This document shows, one piece after another, positions 37,692 through 49,047 of a stretch of 64,000 bases of DNA. This DNA comes from an uncultured Erysipelotrichaceae bacterium (GTDB taxonomy: Bacteria; Bacillota_I; Bacilli_A; RF39; UBA660). The stretch spans positions 468-64,467 of the forward strand of contig CADCJS010000004.1 in assembly GCA_902801825.1 (NCBI GenBank). Reading direction: 5' to 3'. Below the pieces are notes generated by a model. The model had not been told where the DNA came from. It ran no database searches and saw nothing but the letters and a program-made list of their open reading frames with translations. Numbering within the stretch: the stretch's first letter is position 1; each line of letters starts with the position of its first letter. The position numbers were made by a program, and so were the translations under genes.

Positions 37692-38252
37692 ATGAAAAAA
37701 ATAGTAATTGTATTATGTATAATTTTATTATCTGCATGTTCATTAGGTAAGTCTAATACACCAAAACAAAAAGTAGAAGAATTACTTGATAAATATAAAA
37801 ATCAAAATCAAGAAGTACTTGCGGATTTAGAAGATAGTATTCCTGATGATTATACTGGTGAATATAGAAGTAAATATAAAGAGATAATGACAAATCAATA
37901 TAAAAATATGGAATATAAAATAATAAATGAAAGTATAGAAGGAAATGAAGCAGTTGTAGATGCAGAAATAACTGTATACGATTATTCTAGCGTAATGAAT
38001 AACGCAAGTGAATATTTAAAAGACCATATTGAAGAATTTAAAAAAGACGCTCAAGAATTAACTGATGAAATTACAGATAATGATTATGATCAAGATAAAT
38101 ATAATGAGTATAGATTAAAAAAATTAGAAGAAGCAACAGATAAAATAAATTATACAATAGAATTTAATTTAACTAAAAAAGATAAAAAATGGGTAATAGA
38201 ACCATTATCAGATTCTGATATACAAAAACTACATGGTTTATATGAAGAGTAA
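37692..38252 (+). CDS. Lipoprotein, unknown function
   Basis: Lipobox LLSAC after a signal peptide. AAGGAGG RBS. Confidence 0.65.
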   Translation: MKKIVIVLCIILLSACSLGKSNTPKQKVEELLDKYKNQNQEVLADLEDSIPDDYTGEYRSKYKEIMTNQYKNMEYKIINESIEGNEAVVDAEITVYDYSSVMNNASEYLKDHIEEFKKDAQELTDEITDNDYDQDKYNEYRLKKLEEATDKINYTIEFNLTKKDKKWVIEPLSDSDIQKLHGLYEE

Positions 38253-38300
38253 ATTTGATTTACTCTTTTTTTTGTATTATAATTTTGTTAGGAGAATATT

Positions 38301-39449
38301 ATGGATAGAATAATTAACATTTTTTTTAATGAAATATTAAAAGAAGCTAGTACAGGTAGAGTAAACTGTGGTGGATTATATCAAAATATATTATTAGAAA
38401 CAAAAATAAATAATAAAACTTTATATAAAGTAAATAAAGAAATAAAACATAATAATGATTTTTTTATTCCAACATTAAATATTAATAACTTAGATTTATT
38501 AATTAAATTATTAAAAGAGTATTATATAATTGCAAAATCTTTTATTGATATAGATGAAGAAGATATAGATCAAGATAAATATATATTATCAAATCTATTA
38601 AATAATTTAACAATTGAAGATATGAATAATTTTGAATTATATGTTCAAAATTGTACTAAATCACTAATAAATAAACCTTTAAATATTAATGAATCAAATA
38701 TTGGGTTTAATAAAGAATTAGAATCAGATATTATTATTTCAATAAAAAAAGAACCAATTAATCAAGAAACACCGTATGGATTATATGTTAAATCTGTTAA
38801 AGAAGATAATTTTTATGATTTTCCAATCGTAAGATTTAATATTATAGATGATACAGCAGTTATATATGCAGTTCAAAATAATAAAAAATTTAAAAATAAT
38901 ATTGATAATAATGATTATCAAAAAAAGATTTATAGAAAGCTGTTTAGAGTTAATAAAAACTTTGAAAAAGAAAAAAATATAGATAATATAGAAAACCCAG
39001 AAAATATTACAGGTATATCTCCTTCTGCTTTAGTATCTTTAACAATATGTCTTTCTTTATTAGAAAATAAAGGTATTAAAAAAGTAAAAATCCCAACATT
39101 TTTACCAATTAGATATAATGCTAAGGAGATGAGTTATTTAGTAAAAGAAAGTAAAATGAAAGAAAAAGGAATCCCTTTAGTTAAATTAAAAAATGAATTT
39201 CATAAATCTCAACAAGAACATGAAGAAATTCAAAGAAATATATCAGATAAATTCTTAAGATATTTTAGAAGATTAGAATATGTATTTGATAATATAAAAA
39301 TATCTTCTTACCCATTTGAACTAGATTCAAGTGCTCATTTAAAAATAAATGAATTTCATAAATCAAATAATCCATTTTTAGAGGAATTATATATAATGGG
39401 ATTAAATTATAACATGAAAAAAGATTCAGATTTTAATAAAACTATCTGA
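38301..39449 (+). CDS. Hypothetical protein (382 aa)
   Basis: ORF with an AGGAG RBS. No motif recognised. Confidence 0.5.
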   Translation: MDRIINIFFNEILKEASTGRVNCGGLYQNILLETKINNKTLYKVNKEIKHNNDFFIPTLNINNLDLLIKLLKEYYIIAKSFIDIDEEDIDQDKYILSNLLNNLTIEDMNNFELYVQNCTKSLINKPLNINESNIGFNKELESDIIISIKKEPINQETPYGLYVKSVKEDNFYDFPIVRFNIIDDTAVIYAVQNNKKFKNNIDNNDYQKKIYRKLFRVNKNFEKEKNIDNIENPENITGISPSALVSLTICLSLLENKGIKKVKIPTFLPIRYNAKEMSYLVKESKMKEKGIPLVKLKNEFHKSQQEHEEIQRNISDKFLRYFRRLEYVFDNIKISSYPFELDSSAHLKINEFHKSNNPFLEELYIMGLNYNMKKDSDFNKTI

Positions 39450-39460
39450 ATCTTTTTTTA

Positions 39461-42283
39461 TTATTCAACGACCTTAACAGTTCTTGTTTTAGTATATTCT
39501 TTTCCTTTATAAGTAAGCTTGTAAGTAATGATATAACTATCATTAGCAGTTACATTACTATATGTTGGAGTTCCATCAGAACTATTACAACTCTTACTAC
39601 AAGTAAATGAAACATTACTTGTTCCTAAACTATTATCATTTTCATCAGTAACAACTATTTTTTCAAGTACTCCAGTAGATAAACTACCACTAGATATTGA
39701 ATAAGTTATTGTATTAGTATTTCCAGTAAATGTAATTGATGGAGTAGAAGTAGTACCTTGATTACTTGAACTATTATTATCTATTGTTGTATGTGTACCT
39801 TTAACATCTACACTAACTCCAGAAGAAGCAGTAGAACCATCATTTTGCCATATTGTTTTAACTATATATGTAGCATCATAACTCTTCTTAGAAATAGTCA
39901 TTGAATTATTAGCAGTAAATCCTAATGAATTAGTAGCACCAGTAGAATTATTTCTTTCAATAACTTCATATCCAAATGCACCTAATGCAGCATTTCTTGC
40001 ACCTAATTTTTCATCTATATGTTGAGCATATAATACTTTATAATAATTTCTAAAATATCCATCTGTTAAGTAATTTGGAATACTAGCTTTAGACCAACTT
40101 AATGTAACCTGACTAGATGAATCCTTAGCACTTAAATCAGTAACATTAGCAAGTTGATTATATCTAGGAGAAGCATCTGTAGGTTCAGCACCTTTTTTAC
40201 AATACTCAGATATCTTCATACCATCTGGTGTATTTCCAGAAGGTAATAATACTGGATAAGTTTCTCTTTCTACAGTTACTTTAACAACACTATCTGGAAT
40301 AGTAAATTGTTTTCCACCAGATTTATCATCACTTATAGTATCAACTACTTGTCTAAATAATTTATTTTTAACAACACCATTTGTATTATAGTATCCTGTT
40401 TCTAATTTATCATAACCATACCAAACAGCTACTGAATACTCAGGAGTAAATCCTACAGTCCATAAATCATTAATAGCAGATGATGGTAATCCATATTGTT
40501 TTTTAACAGCTGCGGTTAAATTTGAAGTACCAGTTTTAGCAGCTAATTTAACACCTCTAACAGTACCACCTATATTACCATAACTTTCAACCGCATATAT
40601 TAATGCATCAGTTATCATATATGCTGTAGAATCTGACATAGCTTTAGTTGTTTTATTTTTTAAACTAACTGTTTTTCCACTATCTATATATTCAATCTTT
40701 TTAACTGAATATGGTTTAGTATAATAACCACCATTACCAAATGCAGCATATGCACCAGCCATTTGAACTGGGTTTGAACCATTAAATGCACCTAAACTAT
40801 GTGCTTCATGAATAGTTCCATCACTAGCAATTTCTGGTGTAATACCAAGATTTTGTACAAATTCAACTATTTTCTTATTATCTACAGATTGGAATGCCTT
40901 TAATGCTGGAATATTTCTTGACTCAGCAAGAGCAACTTTTAATGTTAATAAACCTTCAAAAGTATTATCCCAGTTTTTAATAGGTGCTCCACTAGAATAA
41001 GTAAAACTTTCATCTAAGAATGGAGTAGATTCACAAAAATTATTATATTCTATTGCTGGACCATAATCGAATAAAGGTTTAGCAGTAGATCCAATTTGTT
41101 TATTAATCATAGTAGCGAAATTAAATGTTCTTTCACCATTTTGATTTCTACCACCACCAATTGCAACAAGTTCACCATTAGAAGTATTAACTACTGCAAT
41201 ACCAGCTTGAATCTTATCATCTTTCCATTCCCAAGTATTACCTGACATTATATCATTTAAAGCTCTTTGTTTATTAGTATCTAAATTAGTATATATTTTC
41301 ATTCCTGTAGTATAAGGATTATTATCAGTTTTTTCAATAACTTCATCAATAACTATATCTAAATAAGATTGAAAATCATTTGTAGTCTCAGCATCTGACT
41401 TATTATTCTTTAATAAATTACTTATAGGAATAGCTTTAGCAGCTTCTTCTTCTTCCTTAGTTATATAACCATGAACTCGCATTAAATATAAAACGGTATT
41501 TCTTCTAATCTTAGTAGCTTCTGGATGTCTATATGGATCATAAGCACTAGGTGCTTGGAATAATCCAGCAATTACTGCAGCTTCACTTAAATTAATATCT
41601 GATACACTTTTACCAAAATAACTTTGACAAGCTTGTTCAACACCATATGCATTATTACCAAGGTATGGAGTATTAACATAATATTCTAAAATTTCCTCTT
41701 TAGAGTATTTCTTTTCTAACTTAAATATTGAAATATATATATCAGTAAATTTTCTTGTTATAGTTTGTTTAGTAGAAGTATAATTGTTTTTTACAACTTG
41801 CATTGAAATTGTAGAACCTCCACCAGCATCTCCATGCCTAGTTATCTTATTTACAACTTGACCAGCAGCAGCTTTTGAAAATCTAGGTAAATCAAATCCA
41901 TTATGTTGAAAATATCTAGAATCCTCTGTTGCTACAATCGCATCAACTAATACCTCAGGTAATGCATCATAACTAACTTTTTTTCTTTTTTCAACACCAA
42001 GCTTAGTTATTTGATTACCATCTCTATCATATATAATACTAGATTCAGCTCTATATAAGTTTTCTGGATTAAATTCTGGAGCATTAATTACTATTATTAT
42101 AGAAAAAATAATTGCTATTATTAACATTAATAATATAAATAATAAACCTATATTTAATAGATTCTTAAATAGTTTTTTTCTTTTTTTCTTTTTAGTTGTA
42201 GGCGATACATTTTTATTTTGATTACCTTTATTCTTTATTTTTAATAAATTTTTAGATTTTTTTAGTATTTTATTCTTTTTCAT
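39461..42283 (-). CDS. ponA: Class A penicillin-binding protein (PBP1A/1B type) with a Ser/Thr-rich C-terminal extension
   Basis: Glycosyltransferase motifs ATEDSRYFQHNGFD and GGSTISMQ. Transpeptidase motifs GSTAKP and KTGTS. Start at 42283 behind a GAGG RBS, overlapping recU. Confidence 0.9.
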   Translation of the reverse strand: MKKNKILKKSKNLLKIKNKGNQNKNVSPTTKKKKRKKLFKNLLNIGLLFILLMLIIAIIFSIIIVINAPEFNPENLYRAESSIIYDRDGNQITKLGVEKRKKVSYDALPEVLVDAIVATEDSRYFQHNGFDLPRFSKAAAGQVVNKITRHGDAGGGSTISMQVVKNNYTSTKQTITRKFTDIYISIFKLEKKYSKEEILEYYVNTPYLGNNAYGVEQACQSYFGKSVSDINLSEAAVIAGLFQAPSAYDPYRHPEATKIRRNTVLYLMRVHGYITKEEEEAAKAIPISNLLKNNKSDAETTNDFQSYLDIVIDEVIEKTDNNPYTTGMKIYTNLDTNKQRALNDIMSGNTWEWKDDKIQAGIAVVNTSNGELVAIGGGRNQNGERTFNFATMINKQIGSTAKPLFDYGPAIEYNNFCESTPFLDESFTYSSGAPIKNWDNTFEGLLTLKVALAESRNIPALKAFQSVDNKKIVEFVQNLGITPEIASDGTIHEAHSLGAFNGSNPVQMAGAYAAFGNGGYYTKPYSVKKIEYIDSGKTVSLKNKTTKAMSDSTAYMITDALIYAVESYGNIGGTVRGVKLAAKTGTSNLTAAVKKQYGLPSSAINDLWTVGFTPEYSVAVWYGYDKLETGYYNTNGVVKNKLFRQVVDTISDDKSGGKQFTIPDSVVKVTVERETYPVLLPSGNTPDGMKISEYCKKGAEPTDASPRYNQLANVTDLSAKDSSSQVTLSWSKASIPNYLTDGYFRNYYKVLYAQHIDEKLGARNAALGAFGYEVIERNNSTGATNSLGFTANNSMTISKKSYDATYIVKTIWQNDGSTASSGVSVDVKGTHTTIDNNSSSNQGTTSTPSITFTGNTNTITYSISSGSLSTGVLEKIVVTDENDNSLGTSNVSFTCSKSCNSSDGTPTYSNVTANDSYIITYKLTYKGKEYTKTRTVKVVE

Positions 42284-42860
42284 TATGAACCTCCAAATTC
42301 TCTTCAATTAATTCATCTACAATTTTTAAATAATCAGTTCTAGGACTAAATTTTTCTATAACTAATTTACCATTTTTTTCAAAATAATCTAAAGGAATAG
42401 ATTTTCTATTATAATTTTTTATAAAATCTATTAATTTACTTGTGGATAAAATGAAAGTTTTATTTAATGTAGTAAACCTAATAATTAAAAATGATATACC
42501 TCCATGTTCAAGTACTTTAATTAAATGAGTAACTTGATGATCATGTATATTGTTTAAAGAAAAAGATGTTTTTGATTTACTTTCCTTTGCTTCAAAATCA
42601 ATATATTTTCCTTTATATATACCATTATAATCAGTAGTAGAAGGTGTTTCGTAATAAGCTTCAGTTATTTGAGTATTTATACGTTTATTATATTTAACCT
42701 TTACTACCTTAATAGGTGTTGGTTTCTTATATATAAGTGCTATATCATTATCTAAATAGTATTTATTAGTTTGATTTATATCGCTTTCTAATGTCATTCC
42801 TCTATGAGCATAATTGACGTAATTATTATTTGATTTATTTTTGCTCACTGGATAATTCAT
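42270..42860 (-). CDS. recU: Holliday junction resolvase RecU
   Basis: NRGMTLE-like HRGMTLESDIN, TDYNGIYKGKYIDFEAKE and HDHQVTHL. The recU-ponA operon order matches Bacillus. Confidence 0.9.
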   Translation of the reverse strand: MNYPVSKNKSNNNYVNYAHRGMTLESDINQTNKYYLDNDIALIYKKPTPIKVVKVKYNKRINTQITEAYYETPSTTDYNGIYKGKYIDFEAKESKSKTSFSLNNIHDHQVTHLIKVLEHGGISFLIIRFTTLNKTFILSTSKLIDFIKNYNRKSIPLDYFEKNGKLVIEKFSPRTDYLKIVDELIEENLEVHNEKE

Positions 42861-43180
42861 TCTATCACCTAATTTATTATACTATATTTTTTTAAAATTA
42901 GATATATTTTAATATAAAAAAAATATAATATTTTAATACTTTTTTTCTAAAAAAAAAATTGAATGTCGAAACTAATGCAATAATTAAAAAAATATATTAT
43001 ATTAATATAGGAAAGGAGATTTATGGACAATTTATATTTATTATTTTTATTAAATAATGCTTTAGAAGATAGTAAAGATAATATGGTGGATTATTTATTA
43101 AAGATTATGTAAAGTTAGTAAATTGAAAGTAAATTGACAAAATAATAAATTCTTGAGATAATAAATTAGGTGATTTATTA

Positions 43181-43504
43181 ATGAGAGATAATGAAATTGT
43201 ATTAACTCCTGAAACATTATTGAATTGGGATTTTAAAGTTGATGCAAGGGGTTATAGACCTCAAGAAGTAGATAAAGCTTTAGATATTGTAATAAGTGAT
43301 TACAAAGCATACGATAGAAAAATACGTTCTTTAGAAAATCAAATAGATGAGCTTAATAGTGAAATATTAGATTTAAAACATAAATTAAGAAATGCTAAAG
43401 AAAGTATTGAAATTGTTAAAAACGTAGATAAAGAAATAACAAACGTAGACTTACTTAGAAGAATTTCTCAACTAGAAAAAATAATATACGGAAAAGACGA
43501 ATAA
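43181..43504 (+). CDS. gpsB: Cell-cycle protein GpsB (DivIVA-domain)
   Basis: DFKVDARGYRPQEVDKALD plus a coiled coil. Followed by rnpB, as in Bacillus. Confidence 0.85.
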   Translation: MRDNEIVLTPETLLNWDFKVDARGYRPQEVDKALDIVISDYKAYDRKIRSLENQIDELNSEILDLKHKLRNAKESIEIVKNVDKEITNVDLLRRISQLEKIIYGKDE

Positions 43505-43857
43505 TAATTTTTTAGGCAAACGCTGTATTTTAAATGTAATATAGAGGAAAGTCCATGCTCACACCGTTCTGAGATGACGGTAGTGTTTGTGTATAGGGAA
43601 AAAATAACCTATAGTAGCTATATGCTAACGGCGAGTAAATATCCTAAAGAAATCCATGGATATTACTCTTAAAGTGCCACAGTGACGATACTTTCTTGAA
43701 AAAGAAAGAGTGAAACGTTGGTAAACCCCACAAGTGAGAAACCCAAAATATGGTAGGGGAACTTTTACAAGGAAAATGAACTAAGTAAAAGATGATTAAT
43801 CATAGATAAATGTTTGCCACCAGTAATGGTACAAAACATGGCTTATTAAAAATTATT
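43505..43857 (+). ncRNA. rnpB: RNase P RNA (bacterial, type B-like)
   Basis: GAGGAAAGTCCATGCTC (P4 5' strand) and ACAAAACATGGCTTA (P4 3' strand). P2 pairs GGCAAAC with GTTTGCC. P1 pairs AATAATTTTT with AAAAATTATT. Ends are accurate to about 10 nt. Confidence 0.9.
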
Positions 43858-43867
43858 ATTAAAAGGA

Positions 43868-44362
43868 GTGAATTATTTGAAAACTATAGGTGAAAAAATA
43901 AAAAAAACACGAATTAAAAGTGGCGTTACTATAGAAGAAGCAGCAGAAGATTTAAATTATAAACCATCACAACTTATAGCTTTAGAAGAAGGAGATTATC
44001 ACGCTTTCAAAGATAAATTTTTATTAAAAACAATATTAACAGATTATTCAAAATATCTAGGATTAGAAACTGAAGAAATAATTGATGAATTTAATGACTT
44101 TGTTTTTGAAAGTACTTCAAAAATTCCTATTGAAGATATAGAAAAAGCAAGTAAATTAAAAGAAAAAATGGCAGATGACAAAATTGCATCACCATATACA
44201 GTTTCTGAAGAAGATAAACCAAAAATCCCTAAAATTATTATAATCTCATTAGTATTATTATTAATTGTATGTGTTTCTATTTTTTGTTATAACATTATAA
44301 AAAAACAAAATAGAAATTCAAACTTTAAAATAAGTTATAATTTAACAGAAGGTGTTCTATGA
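43868..44362 (+). CDS. RodZ-like HTH (XRE) membrane protein
   Basis: N-terminal HTH, then a single TM helix (IIIISLVLLLIVCVSIF). The start may be the TTG at 43877. Confidence 0.6.
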   Translation: MNYLKTIGEKIKKTRIKSGVTIEEAAEDLNYKPSQLIALEEGDYHAFKDKFLLKTILTDYSKYLGLETEEIIDEFNDFVFESTSKIPIEDIEKASKLKEKMADDKIASPYTVSEEDKPKIPKIIIISLVLLLIVCVSIFCYNIIKKQNRNSNFKISYNLTEGVL

Positions 44363-44967
44363 AAAAAGAAGTAAATAAAAACTTACCAAATCAATTAACA
44401 TTATTTAGAATAGTATTAAGTATATTTATTTTACTAATAATACTTTTCCCATTTAATATGGTAAATATATCATTTCCTAAATATTTAATAAATGATACTG
44501 TAATAATTGATATAAAATTAGTTATATGTGCATTTTTATTTATAATAGCATCTTTAACAGATTTTTTAGACGGATATATTGCTAGAAAATATAATCTAGT
44601 AACAGATTTTGGAAAGATGATAGATGCAATTGCAGATAAAATACTTGTTAATGGTATGTTAATTGCACTTGCTGGTGAAGGTTATATTGGAACAATTATT
44701 CCGATAGTAGTAGTATTAAGAGATACAGTTGTAAATTCAATAAAAATGGTTGCTGGAAATAAAGGGGATGTAGTTGCCGCTATTAAAACAGGTAAATTTA
44801 AAACTGCATTTTTAATGGTAGGTATTATATTAAAATTATTAGGAAACTATCCTTTTGGATTGATTAATGTAGCATTTGATGATTTTTGTTTAATCACTGG
44901 TACTGTATTATCCTTAGTTTCAGGAATAGAATATTATTTCTTATATAGAAAATATTTAAAAAATTAA
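44359..44967 (+). CDS. pgsA: CDP-diacylglycerol--glycerol-3-phosphate 3-phosphatidyltransferase
   Basis: CDP-alcohol phosphatidyltransferase motif DFLDGYIARKYNLVTDFGKMIDAIADK. Confidence 0.9.
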   Translation: MKKEVNKNLPNQLTLFRIVLSIFILLIILFPFNMVNISFPKYLINDTVIIDIKLVICAFLFIIASLTDFLDGYIARKYNLVTDFGKMIDAIADKILVNGMLIALAGEGYIGTIIPIVVVLRDTVVNSIKMVAGNKGDVVAAIKTGKFKTAFLMVGIILKLLGNYPFGLINVAFDDFCLITGTVLSLVSGIEYYFLYRKYLKN

Positions 44968-45085
44968 TTCTTATAAAATAGAATTATTTTTTTTATAGTA
45001 AAAACGAACATACGTATAAAATAGTATTGCTTTTTTTAAAAAAATAATATATAATTATATTGTATTCAGTTTAGGAGGATAAGGA

Positions 45086-46087
45086 ATGACAAAAACTAAC
45101 GATAAGAAACAACAAGATGAAATATTAACTCAAGTATTATCAGATATAGAAAAACAATTTGGTAAAGGTGCAATAATGAAATTAGGAAGTGAATCACACA
45201 TGGAGGTAGATGCTGTGTCTAGTGGTTCAATTTCTTTAGATATTGCTTTAGGAGTAGGAGGATATCCTAAAGGAAGAATTATAGAAATATATGGACCAGA
45301 ATCAAGTGGTAAAACTACTTTTGCTCTTCATGCAATTGCAGAAGTTCAAAAAAAAGGTGGAAGAGCTGCATTTATAGATGCAGAACATGCTCTTGATCCA
45401 GTATATGCTAAAAATTTAGGGGTAAATATTGATGATTTATTATTATCACAACCTGATACAGGAGAACAAGGATTAGCAATTTGTGATGCTTTAGTAAAAA
45501 GTGGAGCTATTAATATTGTAGTAATAGATTCAGTAGCTGCTTTAGTTCCACAAGCTGAAATTGAAGGTGAAATGGGAGATACTCATGTTGGTTTACAAGC
45601 AAGATTAATGAGTCAAGCATTAAGAAAATTAGCTGGAACAATTAATAAAACAAATACAATTGCAATTTTTATTAATCAATTAAGAGAAAAAGTAGGAGTT
45701 ATGTTTGGAAATCCAGAAACAACTACAGGTGGAAGAGCTTTAAAATTTTATTCAACTATTAGAATGGAAGTTAGAAGAGCAGAACAAATTAAAATGGGTG
45801 AAAATGTTATAGGTTCTTTTACTAAAGTTAAAATTGTAAAAAATAAGGTAGCACCACCATTTAAAACTTGTAATATTGAAATAATGTATGGTACAGGAAT
45901 TAGTAAAGAAGGAGAAATTGTTGATATTGCAGTAGAAGATGGAATTATTGATAAGAGTGGTTCTTGGTATTCTTATAAAGGTAATAAAATAGGTCAAGGA
46001 AGAGAAACAGTAAAAGCCTTATTAAAAGAAAATAAAGAAATTAGTGATGAAATAGAAAAATTAATTAGAGAAAAACATAATGTTTAA
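45086..46087 (+). CDS. recA: Recombinase RecA
   Basis: [21 protein letters not shown] and [22 protein letters not shown]. Confidence 0.97.
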   Translation: MTKTNDKKQQDEILTQVLSDIEKQFGKGAIMKLGSESHMEVDAVSSGSISLDIALGVGGYPKGRIIEIYGPESSGKTTFALHAIAEVQKKGGRAAFIDAEHALDPVYAKNLGVNIDDLLLSQPDTGEQGLAICDALVKSGAINIVVIDSVAALVPQAEIEGEMGDTHVGLQARLMSQALRKLAGTINKTNTIAIFINQLREKVGVMFGNPETTTGGRALKFYSTIRMEVRRAEQIKMGENVIGSFTKVKIVKNKVAPPFKTCNIEIMYGTGISKEGEIVDIAVEDGIIDKSGSWYSYKGNKIGQGRETVKALLKENKEISDEIEKLIREKHNV

Positions 46088-46092
46088 CTTGA

Positions 46093-46124
46093 AATACATT
46101 CAAAAAATTGAATGTATTTTTTTT
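46093..46124 (+). terminator. Intrinsic terminator after recA
   Basis: AATACATTC / GAATGTATT stem followed by a T-run. Confidence 0.8.
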
Positions 46125-46201
46125 CGTGATTGACTTTATTAAAAAATCAATTTATACTAGTAATATAATCTATAAATAATAGATTATATTTAGGAGGCAA
46201 T

Positions 46202-47749
46202 ATGAATATAAAATTTTTACTTGCTTCCATTATAGGATTACTTTTTGGAATAATAATTTCAATTATAACAATATTAATATTAAATAAAAGAAAAGATAAC
46301 GAAGCTGAAGATATAATTAAAAAGGCAAAAAAAGATGCTGATAATTATAAAAAGAATTCTATATTAGAATTAAAAGATGAACAATATAAACTAAAACAAG
46401 AATTCGAAAAAGAATTAAAAGAAAAAAAATCAGAATATAAAGAACAAGAAGAAAGATTACAATTAAGAGAAGATAGTATTAACAAAAGAGATCAAATTCT
46501 TCAAGATAGAGAAAATTTATTAACTGATAAAGAAAATAATATTAACAATCGTCAAAAAGAAATTCAAAAGATGGAAGACAAGGCAAATAGTATTATAAAA
46601 CAAGAATTAGAAAAATTAGAAGAAATTTCATCTTTCTCTAAAGAACAAGCTAGAGAATTAATCATGGAAAAAGTAAAAGAAACTATGAATAAAGAAATTG
46701 CTACTTATATTAAAGAAACAGAACAAGAAGCAAAACTAAATGCTGATAAAAAAGCAAAGAATTTATTGGTTTCATCAATGCAAAAATATTCACAAGATGT
46801 GACAAATGAGGTGACTGTTTCAGTAATTAATCTTCCTAATGATGATATGAAAGGAAGACTAATTGGTAGAGAAGGAAGAAATATTAGAACTATTGAAGCT
46901 GTTACTGGAGTGGATTTAATAATTGATGATACTCCTGAAGCGATAGTAATTTCAAGTTTTGATCCATTAAGAAGAGAAATTGCAAAAGTTACTATAGAAA
47001 ATTTAATAAAAGACGGCAGAATTCATCCTGGAAGAATAGAAGAAATATATGATAAAGTATGTGAAGAATTTAAATCTAAAATTATTGAAAAAGGTCAAGA
47101 AGCAGTATTTGAATTAGGACTTGCCAATGTGGATGCTGGATTAATTGAATATATAGGTAAATTATATTTTAGAACTAGTTATGGTCAAAATGTATTAAAA
47201 CATTCAATAGAAGTAGCACAATTAGCAGGAATAATGGCTGGTGAAATTGGTGAAAATATTATGCTTGCTAAAAGAGCTGGTTTATTACATGATATTGGAA
47301 AATCAATAGACTTTGAAATAGAAGGAAGTCACGTTGATATAGGTGCTGATCTTGCTAAAAAATATGGTGAAGATGATGTAGTTATAAATACAATTTTATC
47401 TCATCATGGTGATTGTGAAGCAACAAGTATTATCGCATCTTTAGTTCAAATAGCAGATACAATAAGTGCAGCTCGTCCTGGCGCAAGAAATGACTCTTTA
47501 GAAAATTATATTAAGAGATTACAACAATTAGAAGAAATTGCAAATAACTTTGATGGAATTGAAAAATCATATGCAGTTCAAGCAGGTAGAGAACTAAGAG
47601 TTATAGTTAAACCAGAAGAAATAGATGAATTATCATCAGTAAAACTAGCTAGAGATATTAAAGATAAAATAGAAGATACTATGCAATATCCAGGAACAAT
47701 AAAAGTAATAATTATTAGAGAAACTAGAGTAGTTGAAGAAGCTAAATAA
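46202..47749 (+). CDS. rny: Ribonuclease Y
   Basis: N-terminal TM helix, coiled coil, KH domain ([12 protein letters not shown]) and HD domain (LLHDIGK). Confidence 0.95.
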   Translation: MNIKFLLASIIGLLFGIIISIITILILNKRKDNEAEDIIKKAKKDADNYKKNSILELKDEQYKLKQEFEKELKEKKSEYKEQEERLQLREDSINKRDQILQDRENLLTDKENNINNRQKEIQKMEDKANSIIKQELEKLEEISSFSKEQARELIMEKVKETMNKEIATYIKETEQEAKLNADKKAKNLLVSSMQKYSQDVTNEVTVSVINLPNDDMKGRLIGREGRNIRTIEAVTGVDLIIDDTPEAIVISSFDPLRREIAKVTIENLIKDGRIHPGRIEEIYDKVCEEFKSKIIEKGQEAVFELGLANVDAGLIEYIGKLYFRTSYGQNVLKHSIEVAQLAGIMAGEIGENIMLAKRAGLLHDIGKSIDFEIEGSHVDIGADLAKKYGEDDVVINTILSHHGDCEATSIIASLVQIADTISAARPGARNDSLENYIKRLQQLEEIANNFDGIEKSYAVQAGRELRVIVKPEEIDELSSVKLARDIKDKIEDTMQYPGTIKVIIIRETRVVEEAK

Positions 47750-47807
47750 GCTTCTTTTTTTGTTATATTAATATGTAATACTCATATATTTAAATGAGGA
47801 ATAGAAT

Positions 47808-48728
47808 ATGAAAAGAATAATTGAATATTTTTATAATATAAAAATTTCTGAAATATATCATGACAATAATATATATTATTTTTTTTTAGGTATTACTAAA
47901 TATTATTTATGTCCCTTAAATAGACCAATTGAAGATTTAGAACCATTAAAACAATTATGTTTAGAATTAAAAACAAAAAATATTTTAACTTATGATTTAG
48001 TATTAAATATAGAAGGAAAATTATATACTGTTTATAATAATGTAAATTATGTATTACTAAAAAGTCCAAAATATGAAAATCAAAAAATAACATATAATGA
48101 TATAAACTATATTATGTTAAATACTTATGATATAAAAATAGATAAAAAATTATTAAGAAATAACTGGGTTAATCTATGGAGTGAAAAAATAGATTATTAT
48201 GAATATCAAATTTCTGAATTAAGTAGAAAGTATAAAGTTTTACATAATACAATAGATTATTATATAGGCTTAGGAGAAAATGCTATTTCCTATTTAGTTA
48301 ATAATCAAGAAAAAAATAATCAAGAAAGATTTATTTTAAGTCACAAAAGAATAAAAACAAATTATAATTCTTTTGAATTTTATAACCCTTTATCTTATAT
48401 TATTGATAGTAGAGTAAGAGATACTACTGAATATATAAAAGATGCTTTTTTTAATGATATGATAGGTATAAATGAAGTAAAAAATATAATTATATATAAT
48501 AATTACAATTACGATGAATATGTTCTTTTTATCGCAAGATTATTGTTTCCTAGTTATTATTTTGATATATATGATGAGATTATAAATAATGACCTTGATG
48601 AAAATAATATTATAAAAATAGTAAATAAAACAAAAGACTATGAAATATTTCTTTCTCAAATTATTAGTTATATAATTAGTAATAATATTATGATAGAACA
48701 AATAGATTGGTTAAAAAAAGATGCATAA
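47808..48728 (+). CDS. Hypothetical protein, possibly a CotS/YutH-like spore coat protein
   Basis: Only the overall N-terminal pattern resembles YutH-type proteins. Weak. Confidence 0.35.
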   Translation: MKRIIEYFYNIKISEIYHDNNIYYFFLGITKYYLCPLNRPIEDLEPLKQLCLELKTKNILTYDLVLNIEGKLYTVYNNVNYVLLKSPKYENQKITYNDINYIMLNTYDIKIDKKLLRNNWVNLWSEKIDYYEYQISELSRKYKVLHNTIDYYIGLGENAISYLVNNQEKNNQERFILSHKRIKTNYNSFEFYNPLSYIIDSRVRDTTEYIKDAFFNDMIGINEVKNIIIYNNYNYDEYVLFIARLLFPSYYFDIYDEIINNDLDENNIIKIVNKTKDYEIFLSQIISYIISNNIMIEQIDWLKKDA

Positions 48729-48729
48729 A

Positions 48730-48990
48730 TTATGCATCTATAACTTTAACTTCAATAACTTCTGGTATTTCTGAAGTTAAAATTGTTTCAACAGTATCCT
48801 TTATTTCTTCATCAGCTAATGAACAATCTTTACATGCCCCAGCTAACTTTAAATATACAATACCTTCTTCATATTTAACAAATTCTACATCTCCACCATC
48901 ATTGATTAAAAAAGGTCTAACTTTATTAATAACGAATAGTATATGTTCAATTGTATCCATAAAGCCTCCAATAAAATCATTATACATCAA
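48730..48990 (-). CDS. NifU-like (Nfu-type) Fe-S cluster domain protein
   Basis: VRPFLINDGGDVEFV ... LAGACKDCS. Confidence 0.8.
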   Translation of the reverse strand: MMYNDFIGGFMDTIEHILFVINKVRPFLINDGGDVEFVKYEEGIVYLKLAGACKDCSLADEEIKDTVETILTSEIPEVIEVKVIDA

Positions 48991-49047
48991 ATTTTTTTTT
49001 TTGTAAAAATTTATTTTTATGTGTTATAATACAACTGGAGTTTGTTT

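Noticed and set aside
45752-45997. 81-aa minus-strand ORF
   Set aside because: It is antisense to recA.
48707-49006. 99-aa plus-strand ORF
   Set aside because: It is antisense to the NifU-like gene, which has the recognisable motif (GACKDCS).
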